Source: Candidatus Hydrothermarchaeota archaeon (GTDB lineage Archaea > CAYFZR01). From it: DNA of 64,000 bases. Of the stretch, positions 20,104-30,760 are shown piece by piece. The first letter of the stretch is position 1. Each line of letters opens with the position of its first letter. The translations under genes and the position numbers were made by a program. Where the stretch lies: contig JBHIEG010000004.1 of the NCBI GenBank assembly GCA_046760505.1, forward strand, positions 23,111 through 87,110. The letters are read 5' to 3'. The notes beneath the pieces are model-generated. The model had not been told where the DNA came from, searched no databases, and saw nothing but the letters and a program-made list of their open reading frames with translations.

Positions 20104-20850
20104 ATGGATTGGAAAGATGTTGCCAACGTATTATACAAGTACATAAGACTGAATAGCTTCCCAGTAGGTGTAAAGTTACTGGAAAAAAAAGAGGAGATTC
20201 CTCCAAAAACGAGAAGATTTAAAACGAAAATGAATAATTGCCAGCTTGCTGGTCTTGCCCGATCTTACGGCTGGGTTGTGGGAGCCACGAAGGAGGATCT
20301 CGTTTGCGTGGCAGGAGCAGCCTGTGTTGGATTAATTGAGACTCCTGAAAAAATAACTTCGGGGAAAATATCCTACAAGGTAAATCAGAAAACATTGGAA
20401 GCCGCCAAAAAAATGCAAGACGCTGTTTTCCGATTAAAACCTATATACGAGGCAATACTCTTTTACTCTATAGAGAGGGCTCCGATGGATCCTGATGTAG
20501 TTCTATGTTACGTAAATCCTGCACAAGCCATGAGGCTTATTCATGCTTCTTTATGGGAGATAGGAGGAAAATTAAAATTCGGGTCTAGCGGTGAATATGG
20601 TCTCTGCGGAGAGGCAATCGCTCAAACAATCATAGAAAAAGAACCAAAAATAGCAGTAGCCTGCTATGGCGACAGGAGGTTCGGTTTAACTCAAGATCAC
20701 GAACTGATTTTTTCATTTCCGGCTGAGTGGACGGAAAGAATCTTGGAAGGATTGGAAGAGACACACAAAGCGGGCGTCAGGTATCCAATACCATTCCAAT
20801 TAGAATTCGCGCCCCAGATGCCAGAAATTTATTTCATTGAAGAAGAATAG
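20104..20850 (+). CDS. DUF169 domain protein
   Basis: FPVGVKLL, CQ, DPDVV..NPAQAMRL, CYGDR and ELIFSFP motifs. Confidence 0.85.
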   Translation: MDWKDVANVLYKYIRLNSFPVGVKLLEKKEEIPPKTRRFKTKMNNCQLAGLARSYGWVVGATKEDLVCVAGAACVGLIETPEKITSGKISYKVNQKTLEAAKKMQDAVFRLKPIYEAILFYSIERAPMDPDVVLCYVNPAQAMRLIHASLWEIGGKLKFGSSGEYGLCGEAIAQTIIEKEPKIAVACYGDRRFGLTQDHELIFSFPAEWTERILEGLEETHKAGVRYPIPFQLEFAPQMPEIYFIEEE

Positions 20851-20905
20851 AGCATGAGTTCTGCATGTAACAACGCATCCTCCACATCCTCGAATAAGAA
20901 TTGAT

Positions 20906-22414
20906 CTAAATTAGATCAGGTATCTGCTCCTCCTCCCTGACTATGCATTCTATGAGAAAAGGCTCTCTTATTCTAATTGTCTCATTTAAAACTTCATTTA
21001 GAGAGGGTATGTCATCTACTCTTTCCCCATTTATTCCATAAGAATTAGCCAGCTTTGTAAAATCGGGATTTCTTAAATTTATTGAGGTAGTTCTTCCGTA
21101 TATTCTCTCTTGGAATTGTCCTATCAGTTCGAGAGATGAGTTGTTTATCAGAACTATTTTTATTGGTATCTCATATTGTTTTATCGTTGCTAGTTCACTT
21201 GAACTCATCATAAAACCGCCATCTCCAACTATAGAAACTACTAATTCGTGAGGCATTGCAATCTGCACACCTATTGAAGCAGGTACAGAGAAACCCATGG
21301 GGGTGAAGTTACCCGGTACGATAAAACTTCTCGGTCTATATACCTTAGAAAGCATGCAACCCCAAACGGTAAAGGATCCTATGTCATAGACTGTTATTCC
21401 TTTCTTACCTAGCGTATCATGGACTGTTTTGCATATGCTCTTGCTTGTGAATCCTTTATGTCCTTCAAGGTCTTCTTTGTCCTTTTTTATTCCTATCTTT
21501 TTGTTTATATCGTATTTCAACAGTCCCAGTAAGACTAATTTTGCATCTCCAATTATCTCCATATCAGCAAGGACTCTGGATGAATTTTTCTTAACGTCTA
21601 TTCTTACTACCTCAGCATCGATATCTTCAAGATCAATGGTCAATGGAGAAGCGCTGCATCCTATAATGATTAAGAGATCTGTCTCCTTTAACATTTCATT
21701 TGCTTTCTTATTACCCCTTTTCCCCATAACTCCTAAAGAAAGGGGATGATCCTCTGGTATAACTCCTCTTGCCATCATCGAGGTCGCAACAGGTATGGAA
21801 ATGGACTCTGCTAGTTTGACTAACTCTTTACATGCGTTACTCCATAAAATTCCTGATCCTGCTAAAATCATCGGATTACTCGAATTTTCAATTCTCTCCG
21901 CAAGTTTTCTAATTAAGTTCTCATCGGGCTTTCTTCTAGAAACATGAAATTTTCTTCTTTTTACATCTTCTTTTTTCTTCAAAACGTCTTCAGGTACCGC
22001 TATGTGCACTGGTCCAGGACAATCTTTCAAAGAGAACTCATAACAAGAAAGGACGGTTTCATAAACATTATTTTCCAATATAACGCTTTTTTTTGTTATA
22101 TTTCTAAATAAATTTGTTGAAACATCATCTACTCCGGTAATGGCTACGACTGGTATGTTATCTTTTTTTGCATTTGCTACTCCCATGGTAAGATTCAATG
22201 CTCCTGGACCTGCTGTTGCTATACAAGTGCCGGGAGAACCAGAAACTCTTGCGTAACCATCACATGCATGTACAGCTCCTTGTTCGTGTCTTGTCAATAT
22301 GTTTTTGATGTTAGAATCTAGCAAAAGATCGTACATTTCCAAAATTCTTTTTCCGGGAATTCCAAAAACAGTCTTTACGTTAGCATCTTCTAATGCCTTT
22401 AAGAAGGGATTCAT
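20906..22414 (-). CDS. thiamine pyrophosphate enzyme (acetolactate synthase large subunit-like / 2-oxoacid decarboxylase)
   Basis: FGIPG, RHEQGA, GPGALN, and GDGGFMM..NN TPP motif; no small-subunit gene adjacent. Confidence 0.85.
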   Translation of the reverse strand: MNPFLKALEDANVKTVFGIPGKRILEMYDLLLDSNIKNILTRHEQGAVHACDGYARVSGSPGTCIATAGPGALNLTMGVANAKKDNIPVVAITGVDDVSTNLFRNITKKSVILENNVYETVLSCYEFSLKDCPGPVHIAVPEDVLKKKEDVKRRKFHVSRRKPDENLIRKLAERIENSSNPMILAGSGILWSNACKELVKLAESISIPVATSMMARGVIPEDHPLSLGVMGKRGNKKANEMLKETDLLIIIGCSASPLTIDLEDIDAEVVRIDVKKNSSRVLADMEIIGDAKLVLLGLLKYDINKKIGIKKDKEDLEGHKGFTSKSICKTVHDTLGKKGITVYDIGSFTVWGCMLSKVYRPRSFIVPGNFTPMGFSVPASIGVQIAMPHELVVSIVGDGGFMMSSSELATIKQYEIPIKIVLINNSSLELIGQFQERIYGRTTSINLRNPDFTKLANSYGINGERVDDIPSLNEVLNETIRIREPFLIECIVREEEQIPDLI

Positions 22415-23415
22415 AAGATTTCCCTTAACGTTTTTATTAGAGATTCAGTAAATTCTTTTGTAGACGAATTTCCATTTAAATCAGGAGTTTTTATTCCTCT
22501 TTTTAATACTTTTTCGATGGACGATTCAATCTTTTTTGCATAATCTTTTTTTCCGAGATAACTCAGCATTAGGCAAGAGGACAATATGCTAGCAATGGGA
22601 TTTGCTATGCCTTTACCTGCGATATCTGGGGCACTACCATGAATCGGCTCGAAGAGAGCATAATTATCCCCCAAATTCATACTTGGAACTATACCGATGC
22701 CCCCTATCAAACCTGCGCCGATGTCGGAGATTATGTCTCCGAAGAGATTTGTCGTCAGAATAACGTCAAATTTTTTTGGATCTTCTACGAGATGCATACA
22801 AAATGAATCTATCAGACACTCTTCTTTCTCTATTTCTTGATATCTTTCACCCACTTTAAGAGAGACATCTCTGAACAATCCACATGTCTTTCTTAGGACA
22901 TTTGCTTTGTGGACAATTGTTACTTTCTTTCTTTTTTCTTTTCTAGCCTGTTCAAAAGCAATCTTTGCTATTCTCTCGCTTCCCTTTTTTGTAATAATTC
23001 TCTTCGCAGAGTATCCGTCGTTTAACTCTTCTTCAATTCCTGAGTATAATCCCTCTGAGTTTTCCCTTACCACTATCAGGTCGACATCTTTGTGGATTCC
23101 TCTTATTTCCTTTAGGCTCTTTATGGGTCTGATATTAGCGTATAATTCAAGTTCTTTTCTTAATGTAAGTATGGGACTTTTATATCCTTCAATAATCTTG
23201 GGAGGGGTGGTTGTTGCACCGAATAAACATGCATCAGTTTCTTTTACTGTCTCAATTACTTCTTCAGATATGGACTCTCCGCATTTCTTATAACATTCAT
23301 ATCCTGCTTCCAGAAAGACGAATTCCATGTCCAAATTCAATTCTTTTAAAATTTTTATGGTGGCTCCAATTACTTCAGGTCCTATTCCGTCGCCTTCAAT
23401 AACCGAGATTCGCAT
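22411..23415 (-). CDS. aksF: (homo)isocitrate/isopropylmalate dehydrogenase family protein (AksF-like)
   Basis: [44 protein letters not shown]; same operon as homoaconitase genes. Confidence 0.75.
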   Translation of the reverse strand: MRISVIEGDGIGPEVIGATIKILKELNLDMEFVFLEAGYECYKKCGESISEEVIETVKETDACLFGATTTPPKIIEGYKSPILTLRKELELYANIRPIKSLKEIRGIHKDVDLIVVRENSEGLYSGIEEELNDGYSAKRIITKKGSERIAKIAFEQARKEKRKKVTIVHKANVLRKTCGLFRDVSLKVGERYQEIEKEECLIDSFCMHLVEDPKKFDVILTTNLFGDIISDIGAGLIGGIGIVPSMNLGDNYALFEPIHGSAPDIAGKGIANPIASILSSCLMLSYLGKKDYAKKIESSIEKVLKRGIKTPDLNGNSSTKEFTESLIKTLREIL

Positions 23416-23894
23416 ATCCTTTTCTTCCTGTAAGGGATTAAACCTCCACTTTTTAGAATATCTAACATAAATTCTGGAAGTTTTTCTGCCTTTAGCACGT
23501 TTTTTTCGGTTTTTACGATGCCATTTTCAATATCCACCTCTATTATATCACCTTCTTCAACCATTTTTGTTATTCCTTTGCATTCGACAACTGGGAGACC
23601 TAAGTTTATCGAGTTTCTGAAGAAAATTCTGGCAAAGGATTCTGCGATAACACATTTTATGCCCGCCTCTTTTATTGCTATGGGGGCCTGTTCCCTACTA
23701 GATCCACATCCAAAGTTTTCTCCCGCTACTATTAAGTCACCTTCCTTTATTTTCTTAGAAAAATCAGGATCTAACCCTTCTAATAGATGTTCTACCCAGA
23801 TGGTGTGATCCAACGTCCTTAGATATTTTCCAGGAATGATAACGTCAGTATCGATATGATCGCCAAGTTTCCATACCCTTCCTTTAATTCTCAT
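23382..23894 (-). CDS. aksE: homoaconitase small subunit
   Basis: [14 protein letters not shown] (YLRT loop typical of methanogen homoaconitase); [11 protein letters not shown]. Confidence 0.8.
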   Translation of the reverse strand: MRIKGRVWKLGDHIDTDVIIPGKYLRTLDHTIWVEHLLEGLDPDFSKKIKEGDLIVAGENFGCGSSREQAPIAIKEAGIKCVIAESFARIFFRNSINLGLPVVECKGITKMVEEGDIIEVDIENGIVKTEKNVLKAEKLPEFMLDILKSGGLIPYRKKRICESRLLKATE

Positions 23895-25072
23895 GTTATC
23901 TCCCTTGGGTCCGTTATCTCTCCCGTTATCGCAGAAGCTGCCACGGTCGCAGGGCTAGCCAGGTATATCTTTGCCTTTCTGCTTCCCATTCTTCCTATGA
24001 AATTTCTATTCGAGGAGGAAATACAGATTTCCCCCTTTCCAAGAACCCCGAAATTCCCACCCAAGCACGGGCCGCAACCTGGCGGACCCAAAACCGCTCC
24101 GGCTCTTAAAAAATGTGCCAACAAACCTTCTTTACATGCTTTGTCCAAAGTCTTCTTTGAAGCAGGAACAATGATGAGTCTAACGTCTTCATGGATTTTT
24201 TTATCCTTCAAAATATTTGCAACTATCCTAAGATCCTCTATCCTTCCGTTAGTACATGATCCAATGAAAGCCTGATCTATCGAGCTTTTTACGTCTGATA
24301 CTGGCCTTACAGAGTCTACTCTGTTTGGAGAAGAAACTGAAATATCTATATCGTCTGCATCTAAGAATATTTCTTTTTCCACCTGGTATGAATCATTGTT
24401 GGCGATGATTCCTGTTTTTGCACCCATCTCTACTGACATATTACAAAGAGTCTGTTTTTCTGAGATGTTCATGTTATTTACGGTCTCTCCGAAGAATTCT
24501 ATGCACATATAGTGGGCCCCACTCATTCCGATTTCTTTTATTACATTAAGAATTACATCTTTTGCACTAACTAAGTTTGTGAGGTTACCGTTTATGTTCA
24601 CCCTGTACGTTTTTGGTACCTTGAGCCAAGTCATCCCGCTTTCTAAAATATAGGCGCAGTCTGTAGCACCCATACCTATGGCAAGGGCTTTAGATGCCCC
24701 ATTCGTACACGTGTGAGAATCCGCTCCTACCAATATCATTCCTGGCTTCACCAGTCCCCTTTCATAGATTACTTGGTGGCATATTCCGTGACCTATGTCA
24801 AAGAAGTTTTTTATATTCTGCTCTCTTGCAAATCTTCTTATCATGTTGTGCAAGTTGGCTGTTTGTTCATTGTTAGCAGGTATTAGGTGATCAAACACGA
24901 TAGCTACTTTATCAGGATCCCATACTTTCTCTGCTAGCTCTTTAAAGCTTTTAACAACTAAGGTTGCGGAACCATCATGCATCATGCAAAGATCCACAGG
25001 AGTTTCAACGAAATCTCCAGCGTATACTTTTTCTTTTATTTTTTTGCTGATTATTTCCTCAGCCAAGGACAT
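23891..25072 (-). CDS. aksD: homoaconitase / isopropylmalate isomerase large subunit
   Basis: [38 protein letters not shown]. Confidence 0.8.
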   Translation of the reverse strand: MSLAEEIISKKIKEKVYAGDFVETPVDLCMMHDGSATLVVKSFKELAEKVWDPDKVAIVFDHLIPANNEQTANLHNMIRRFAREQNIKNFFDIGHGICHQVIYERGLVKPGMILVGADSHTCTNGASKALAIGMGATDCAYILESGMTWLKVPKTYRVNINGNLTNLVSAKDVILNVIKEIGMSGAHYMCIEFFGETVNNMNISEKQTLCNMSVEMGAKTGIIANNDSYQVEKEIFLDADDIDISVSSPNRVDSVRPVSDVKSSIDQAFIGSCTNGRIEDLRIVANILKDKKIHEDVRLIIVPASKKTLDKACKEGLLAHFLRAGAVLGPPGCGPCLGGNFGVLGKGEICISSSNRNFIGRMGSRKAKIYLASPATVAASAITGEITDPREIT

Positions 25073-26255
25073 ATCTTTCTCCTTTCTTTACTCTTTCAGC
25101 AAATTCTCTGATTAAATCGTCTGTTATTGTGTATCCATCCTCTCTGTATTCTTTAACGAGATAAACTACCGAATCTACTTCTTCTTCGCTCAAATTATAG
25201 TTTAATTCCTTTAATTTTTCCAAAACACCACGAAATCCGCTGTGTTTACCATAAACTAATTCTCTTTTCTTTCCAACTATCTGAGGAAGGTATGGTTCGT
25301 AGGTAAATGAATTTTCCAATACGGCAGCAACATGAATTCCTGATTCATGTCTGAAAACATTTTTGCCGACTATAGCCTTGTTTGGTGGAATATCTATTCC
25401 TGAGTACCTAGACACCAACTCAGAGAGCTCACTGAGCACAGAATACCTGAAGCCCAAGTCGACTCCATACAGGATGTAAAGAGACATGATTACTTCCTCG
25501 AGAGAGGCATTTCCCCCTCTTTCTCCGATTCCATTTACCGTACATGATACCGCATTAATTCCGGCTTCCACAGCGGCTAAGGAATTGGCAACTGCAAGCC
25601 CAAAGTCGTTGTGACAATGAACCGCCATGGGTATTTTGATCTCTTTTCTGAGCGTGGATATGAGTGATTTCATTGCAGTTGGGTGTATGCAGCCAACCGT
25701 ATCTGCCAGCCCCACTCTATCGGTTTTTAATTCCTCAGCGATTTTGTATACCTTTAACAGGGCATCGATATCGGATCTCGTACCATCTTCACAACTTAAC
25801 TGTGTCCATATACCATGGTCTTTTGCATACTCTACTGTTTCTATTCCTTTTTCGATTATTTCGTCTAAACGCGCTTTTACTTTATACTTCAGGTGGATAT
25901 GAGATGTTGGGAAAAATATTATGACACCGTCAACTCCACACTTCAGGGCATAGTCCACATCCTTTATGTTTGCCCTTGCAAGAGAAAGTACTTTTAAATT
26001 TAAACCTTGGTCAACTATCTTTTTTATACCAATCCTTTCCCTTCTTGATACACTGGGAAAGCCAGCTTCGATTTCTTGAACACCCAGTTCATCCAGCTTT
26101 ATTGCTATTTCTAACTTTTGTTGGGGAGTAAACGCCACCCCCGGAGTTTGTTCACCATCCCTTAAGGTAGTATCATATATAGTCAGGTTTTCCGCTATAG
26201 AGATGTTTTTTCTCACTTCATCTGTTAAGTTAAATCCACTGACACAACTTTTCAT
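25059..26255 (-). CDS. aksA: homocitrate synthase family (AksA-like), no C-terminal regulatory domain
   Basis: DTTLRDGEQ, HCHNDFG, GIGERGGN, HESGIH, GKHSG. Confidence 0.78.
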   Translation of the reverse strand: MKSCVSGFNLTDEVRKNISIAENLTIYDTTLRDGEQTPGVAFTPQQKLEIAIKLDELGVQEIEAGFPSVSRRERIGIKKIVDQGLNLKVLSLARANIKDVDYALKCGVDGVIIFFPTSHIHLKYKVKARLDEIIEKGIETVEYAKDHGIWTQLSCEDGTRSDIDALLKVYKIAEELKTDRVGLADTVGCIHPTAMKSLISTLRKEIKIPMAVHCHNDFGLAVANSLAAVEAGINAVSCTVNGIGERGGNASLEEVIMSLYILYGVDLGFRYSVLSELSELVSRYSGIDIPPNKAIVGKNVFRHESGIHVAAVLENSFTYEPYLPQIVGKKRELVYGKHSGFRGVLEKLKELNYNLSEEEVDSVVYLVKEYREDGYTITDDLIREFAERVKKGERYVLG

Positions 26256-27161
26256 CTATATCCTTCCTATGAGTTCATTCAGAGATGAGGCAATCTCTTC
26301 TTTTGAAGCGCCAAAGTGAATTGCGATTCCTATATTATTGTTTAACTTCATGAATCCTAATTTATCTCTCAGACAACACCTCAGTATAAAAGGATGTCTC
26401 ACGATTTCTTTTGCTACTTCTCTTGGACATATGTTTTCGTGGATGAATTTCTCGTTAAATTTCTCTTCAAATACCATCTTTGATACTTCACAGCCAATAA
26501 GCACATTATTTTCCTTTACCTCTTGGACATCTGTTAGAAAGGCGAAGTTTCCATTCAGTTCATTTTTTGTTATCCCGATATCACACGGAAATAGGAGAAG
26601 GGTATTTTTAGCAATATATTTTCTTCCTTTTTCTATCAAATTTATGGCATTCAACTCGAAATCTATGAAAAAATCTTTTTCTTTTATCAAACCGCACCGT
26701 CTTAGATAAGTGATATCCTCCATCAGTTTTGAGGGGAAAGGCGGAACAACGTCTATGACCTGTATTTTTTTGATATTTGAATCTAAGGGATCGATAACGA
26801 AATTCATATGTTCATGCTCTCCAAATACTACTACTGCCTTTGCATTAGATTTTTTAGCCTCTTTGTAAGCAGTGGTTATAAGTTCGCTCTTACATCTCAC
26901 GTCTATGGGTCTTTTTATCACTGAAGTCTCTTCTGGCATTGAAATTATGGATAAATTAATTATTTTTTGAATAAATCCTTTTCCAGCTAATTCTGTCTCA
27001 ACGATTGCTGCATCATTACTTTTTTCATTTAACAGAACTATGTACTTAGATGAAAAGTAGGCTTCTTTGTTCTTAAGAGACCTTTTAATTTCTTCTCTGT
27101 CCCTCAAATTGATTTTGACTTTTTTCAATGAAACAAATCTACAGTGCTCCGGCAAGATCAT
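26256..27161 (-). CDS. conserved Cys-rich hypothetical protein (possible Fe-S/metal binding)
   Basis: FPC, IGC, ICP, RCC and HFG motifs; ATG 27161 overlaps the upstream stop (ATGA). Confidence 0.75.
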   Translation of the reverse strand: MILPEHCRFVSLKKVKINLRDREEIKRSLKNKEAYFSSKYIVLLNEKSNDAAIVETELAGKGFIQKIINLSIISMPEETSVIKRPIDVRCKSELITTAYKEAKKSNAKAVVVFGEHEHMNFVIDPLDSNIKKIQVIDVVPPFPSKLMEDITYLRRCGLIKEKDFFIDFELNAINLIEKGRKYIAKNTLLLFPCDIGITKNELNGNFAFLTDVQEVKENNVLIGCEVSKMVFEEKFNEKFIHENICPREVAKEIVRHPFILRCCLRDKLGFMKLNNNIGIAIHFGASKEEIASSLNELIGRI

Positions 27162-28156
27162 AAGATATCCCTGTGAGGAGTTAGGTCGCATCCTGTACAC
27201 GGCGGACACATTGTCTTTGGCTTATCCATCTTTAGCCCGTATGAATCGAGTATTTCCTTCTGCGCTATAGCGAGTCTTAAAAGCCTATCAGCGCTGGGTC
27301 TACTTGCTCTATTATCTGTTGAACGCATCAAATCCCCCCTTCTCAAAGGAGATATAACTAGTGCCCGTAGTATGGGAATGACCCCAATCGATGCTAAATG
27401 CTCGATTCCTTCTATTACCGTTTCATCGCTCTCTCCCAGACCTATAATCATGTTTGAAGTCACTTTATTTTCTCCAAATACTTCTACAGCATATTTCAGT
27501 GAATCTATAATTTCATCGAGAGATAAATCCTTGCATGTTCTTTTGAATATCTCCTGATCGTAACTCTCTATGTTGTACTTTATTTCATCGGCTCCAGCGC
27601 TGTACAGTAGATCTGTCCCCTCGTTTCCTGCAGAATAAGGAGATACGCCTATTGGGACATTAAATTCTTCTTTTGCCAGTCTGATTATTTTTGCCAGTTT
27701 AATTACCTCTTCTCTGGGATCTTTAGGTACCCCACTCGTTAGAGAAATCGCTGAAAATTCCTTATTTTTTGAGGCTGATCTTATCATATCCAATACTTTC
27801 TCAACTGATCTGTTTTCACCTTTCAGTTTGGGTACTGGACAGAATTTACAATCGAATATACAGGAGGCATCTACTGTTATGTAAGCCTGTTTTGGACAAT
27901 GAAGAATTGGTTCTTCAAGTTCAAATTTATCGATTATTATTTCGTCCTCCATTATTATTTCATTTTCCTTTAGTATAAGAGGAGAATCCTTTGCTATTGT
28001 AAGTCTTACTCTTTTCCCACCTTTTTTTATGAATATGGATTCTGAACCGGCGCCAGGTCCAGAAGCAGAGTAACCTAGCCTTAAATTATCAATACTAACC
28101 TCGTCGATGTTTATTTTTCCTATTGAGATTAGTTTTGCCTTTATTTCGGGCTTCAT
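27158..28156 (-). CDS. radical SAM protein (BioB/LipA-like core)
   Basis: HCPKQAYITV, CIFDCKFC, IIGLGESD, C-terminal CPPCTGCD. Confidence 0.88.
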   Translation of the reverse strand: MKPEIKAKLISIGKINIDEVSIDNLRLGYSASGPGAGSESIFIKKGGKRVRLTIAKDSPLILKENEIIMEDEIIIDKFELEEPILHCPKQAYITVDASCIFDCKFCPVPKLKGENRSVEKVLDMIRSASKNKEFSAISLTSGVPKDPREEVIKLAKIIRLAKEEFNVPIGVSPYSAGNEGTDLLYSAGADEIKYNIESYDQEIFKRTCKDLSLDEIIDSLKYAVEVFGENKVTSNMIIGLGESDETVIEGIEHLASIGVIPILRALVISPLRRGDLMRSTDNRASRPSADRLLRLAIAQKEILDSYGLKMDKPKTMCPPCTGCDLTPHRDIL

Positions 28157-29091
28157 ATCAGAACACCTTGATCTGGTTTATCATAATAAGGTATCGCTGC
28201 CAATGCACCGATTAACCCTCTTTTTCCTGTTATTTGGAATAAGTTTACGTCGTTTTTTCTCGCAACATTATAGGCTTTTTCTATTGTGACTATGCTTTCC
28301 TTTGCCTCTCTTGAAAATTTTTTTAAATCCTCATTAATAAAAAATCTCCCATATGTTGCGAGTCCGGTTTGATCAGATAGGGTATTCTTTTCGAGATATT
28401 TCTGGGCAAACTCTATGATTTCATTCTTTTTTTCTTTTTTTGAGGCAAATCCCAATGATACACTCACGCAATTTTGAGTTTTATCAGGATTTTTTGGATA
28501 AAGCTGAACTATTGAGTGATATATGTATTCTCCCAATCCTTTTTTCTGAATTTCGCACCCCAAATTATGCGTTAATGACCATGTTGCTCCTTCTTCTTTA
28601 TTATCTGTATCATCTACTCCCAAGACTAATCTTTCCATTCTTGGCAAGACTACGGTTGCTCTACTGTACTTGCTTCCGCCTCCGCTAGCGTGTATCTCGA
28701 CTCTTTTAACTCCTTCTGCCATTCCACGCGAATAGGATGCGCCAACACCTCCTCCCCCCAATCCTGCATAAGTAACATGGATTTCATTCTCTATTATTTT
28801 GATTTCCTCTATTCCTGCGCCCGAAATGCCGGGAACCAAGTTGAGATCGCATTTTCCAGCAAGAGTTAAGAAAACATTTCTCTTTCCTTCCCTTCTAGCT
28901 TCTTTTACTAATTTGCTGGTTTTTTTGAAGTGGAGAGTGGTCCAAGCCGAACCCCCAAAACTTGCAGTCTCCTCTATAATCTCTACATAGGTATTGTCCT
29001 CGCTTGCTATGGCAATTATTTTGTCACAGGGAGCAATCCACTCCTTATCTCCGAATTCTTCAGCAAACTCCTCTCTCGAATAGACCTTCAT
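28153..29091 (-). CDS. mmp11: methanogenesis marker protein 11 (TiaS-like domain)
   Basis: YAGLGGGGVGA, GVDDTDNKEEGATW, VQLYP..KTQNC, GLIGALAAI. Confidence 0.8.
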   Translation of the reverse strand: MKVYSREEFAEEFGDKEWIAPCDKIIAIASEDNTYVEIIEETASFGGSAWTTLHFKKTSKLVKEARREGKRNVFLTLAGKCDLNLVPGISGAGIEEIKIIENEIHVTYAGLGGGGVGASYSRGMAEGVKRVEIHASGGGSKYSRATVVLPRMERLVLGVDDTDNKEEGATWSLTHNLGCEIQKKGLGEYIYHSIVQLYPKNPDKTQNCVSVSLGFASKKEKKNEIIEFAQKYLEKNTLSDQTGLATYGRFFINEDLKKFSREAKESIVTIEKAYNVARKNDVNLFQITGKRGLIGALAAIPYYDKPDQGVLI

Positions 29092-29115
29092 CCTATCACC
29101 TTTGAAGAAGGTTTA

Positions 29116-29922
29116 TTAAAATGATATTTCTTTTCTAAAGAACCTTTGGATGTCAAAGCCCTTAGTTTTCATCCTTAAGAGAGTTGTTGAGTAGGGATCG
29201 ATAATCTCCTCTTCCAGATATTTTACCAAAATGGGATCTATCTCCTTTAATTTATCGATTAACTCGTTTCTTTCAGATTTATTCATTATTCTGGGATCTG
29301 TCATTGCTGCAACATGAAATCTTACACCGTAATCCAACAGATTTTTGATAGCATCAAATGGAATTTCGAAAGACTCGGGAATTGCTCCTGTCAGAAATGA
29401 GAACTTTTCCGGAGTTCCTGCTTTGAGCGATACTCTTACATGGACTTTTTTATAATTTTTTAATTTTTTTACGTAGTCTTTATCAATTCCAAATAAGATT
29501 CCGTTGGTTTCTAATATAAATAAAGAAAAATCCGAATCTTCTACATACTCTAAAAGAGATAGAAGGTGTTCTTTTCCTAAAGTTGGTTCTGCTCCTGAAA
29601 TCCTTAATTTTCGAACGTTATACATTTTTGCTGCCTTGGATAACCTCTCATAGGCTTCTTTGGGAGAATAGAAAGAACCCATGCTCTCAGGATACTCTCT
29701 GCTTAAATCCACCCAGCAAAAACAGCATCTCAAGCAGCATCCACATGCGTATCCAGTACTGATCCCTCCATAGACACCTACCGTATAGAAATCCGTGTAT
29801 TTTCTCTCTTCTCTATTTTTTCCTCTGGTAACTATTTTCTCGGTTTCTTTAGCTAACCAAACCGGATCGAATGGTTTTGAGTCCTCTTCTAGAAGCCTTG
29901 GATACATAGGTGAAACATTCAT
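29116..29922 (-). CDS. radical SAM protein (PflA-like)
   Basis: YGGISTG, CCLRCCFCW, RISGAEPT, FILETNG; start moved to ATG 29922 because the longer ORF runs antisense through a tRNA. Confidence 0.85.
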   Translation of the reverse strand: MNVSPMYPRLLEEDSKPFDPVWLAKETEKIVTRGKNREERKYTDFYTVGVYGGISTGYACGCCLRCCFCWVDLSREYPESMGSFYSPKEAYERLSKAAKMYNVRKLRISGAEPTLGKEHLLSLLEYVEDSDFSLFILETNGILFGIDKDYVKKLKNYKKVHVRVSLKAGTPEKFSFLTGAIPESFEIPFDAIKNLLDYGVRFHVAAMTDPRIMNKSERNELIDKLKEIDPILVKYLEEEIIDPYSTTLLRMKTKGFDIQRFFRKEISF

Positions 29923-30011
29923 AAATAAAATTTGGAACCGATGATTAATAAGTTGAAGGATAAGGCAAGAGATAAATATCAGTTTATGGTTTCTTAAATA
30001 TCGTGTCTCAT

Positions 30012-30084
30012 GGGCCCGTAGCTTAGTGGTTAGAGCGCCCGGCTCATAACCGGGCGGTCGCGGGTTCGAATCCTGCCGGGCCCA
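30012..30084 (+). tRNA. tRNA with CAT anticodon, probably tRNA-Ile2
   Basis: GGGCCCG acceptor stem; CCCGG-CTCATAA-CCGGG anticodon arm; GTTCGAATC; body resembles archaeal Ile rather than Met tRNAs. Confidence 0.9.
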
Positions 30085-30130
30085 CCTCACACGAAGATCG
30101 AAGATCCTCGGTGCGCCAAAAATCCTCGAT

Positions 30131-30151
30131 TCAACCTTTTATAAAGGTTGA
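30131..30151. repeat. short palindrome downstream of tRNA
   Basis: TCAACCTTT-TAT-AAAGGTTGA followed by TCAAAG. Confidence 0.55.
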
Positions 30152-30247
30152 TCAAAGGAACCACCTCTTCGAGGTAGATCATCATGCATTTGTTTTTACA
30201 TTTTTGTTTTATTTCTAAAAGTTCGTTTTTTATTTTCGCTTTGTCAC

Positions 30248-30525
30248 CTATCTCACGCAAGATCTTCCCTCTTGAATTATTTCTTTCATTTCTACAGGAG
30301 CGTTCTCTTCATAAAATTGTGTCACATATCCTAATACTTTTTCAGCATTTCCTACCAATTCCTTAGACAACTTTTCATCGTAGATTTCTTCAGGGGAGAT
30401 TATTCTCTCGTGTGTTTCCCATCCATATCTTGGCATACTCCGTTGTTCTTCCAACGAACCCGCTTCTTTAATAATTTTTACCAGGAGATTTACGTCTTTT
30501 TCTTTAATTTTCAGTCTCTTTAACT
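30248..30525 (-). pseudogene. 5'-truncated HEPN-domain gene remnant
   Basis: Frame reads ..LVKIIKEAGSLEEQRSMPRYGWE..PEEIYDEKLSKELVGNAEKVL, like a HEPN C-terminus; N-terminal half absent. Confidence 0.55.
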
Positions 30526-30760
30526 GAGTGGGCTTTCCAAAATATCTGAGATGTTTCTCGATGGAAAATGAGTTTTTTCAATTGTCATCCGAAACCAATC
30601 AGAAGACCCTTGCGTGTTTTTCATTGATATCTAAATTTCATTTAAGAATAGGAGTTTAGATGCATGAGGAGAAAATCAAAAGCAAGACATAATTAAGCGA
30701 TTTCTAAGAATGAATATCACTTAATCAAATTATTTAAACTAGTTATGCTGGATAAAATTC

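Noticed and set aside
22411-26255. Annotation as a plain leuABCD operon
   Set aside because: The synthase lacks the LeuA regulatory domain and the small subunit has the homoaconitase-type YLRT loop. A lysine AAA role is not fully excluded.
30012-30084. tRNA-Met call from the CAT anticodon
   Set aside because: It lacks the initiator A1-U72 pair, and the GGGCCC acceptor stem fits archaeal tRNA-Ile2.
29923-30090. N-terminal extension of the radical SAM ORF (MRWARQDSNPRPPGYEPGAL)
   Set aside because: This is the antisense translation of the tRNA gene.
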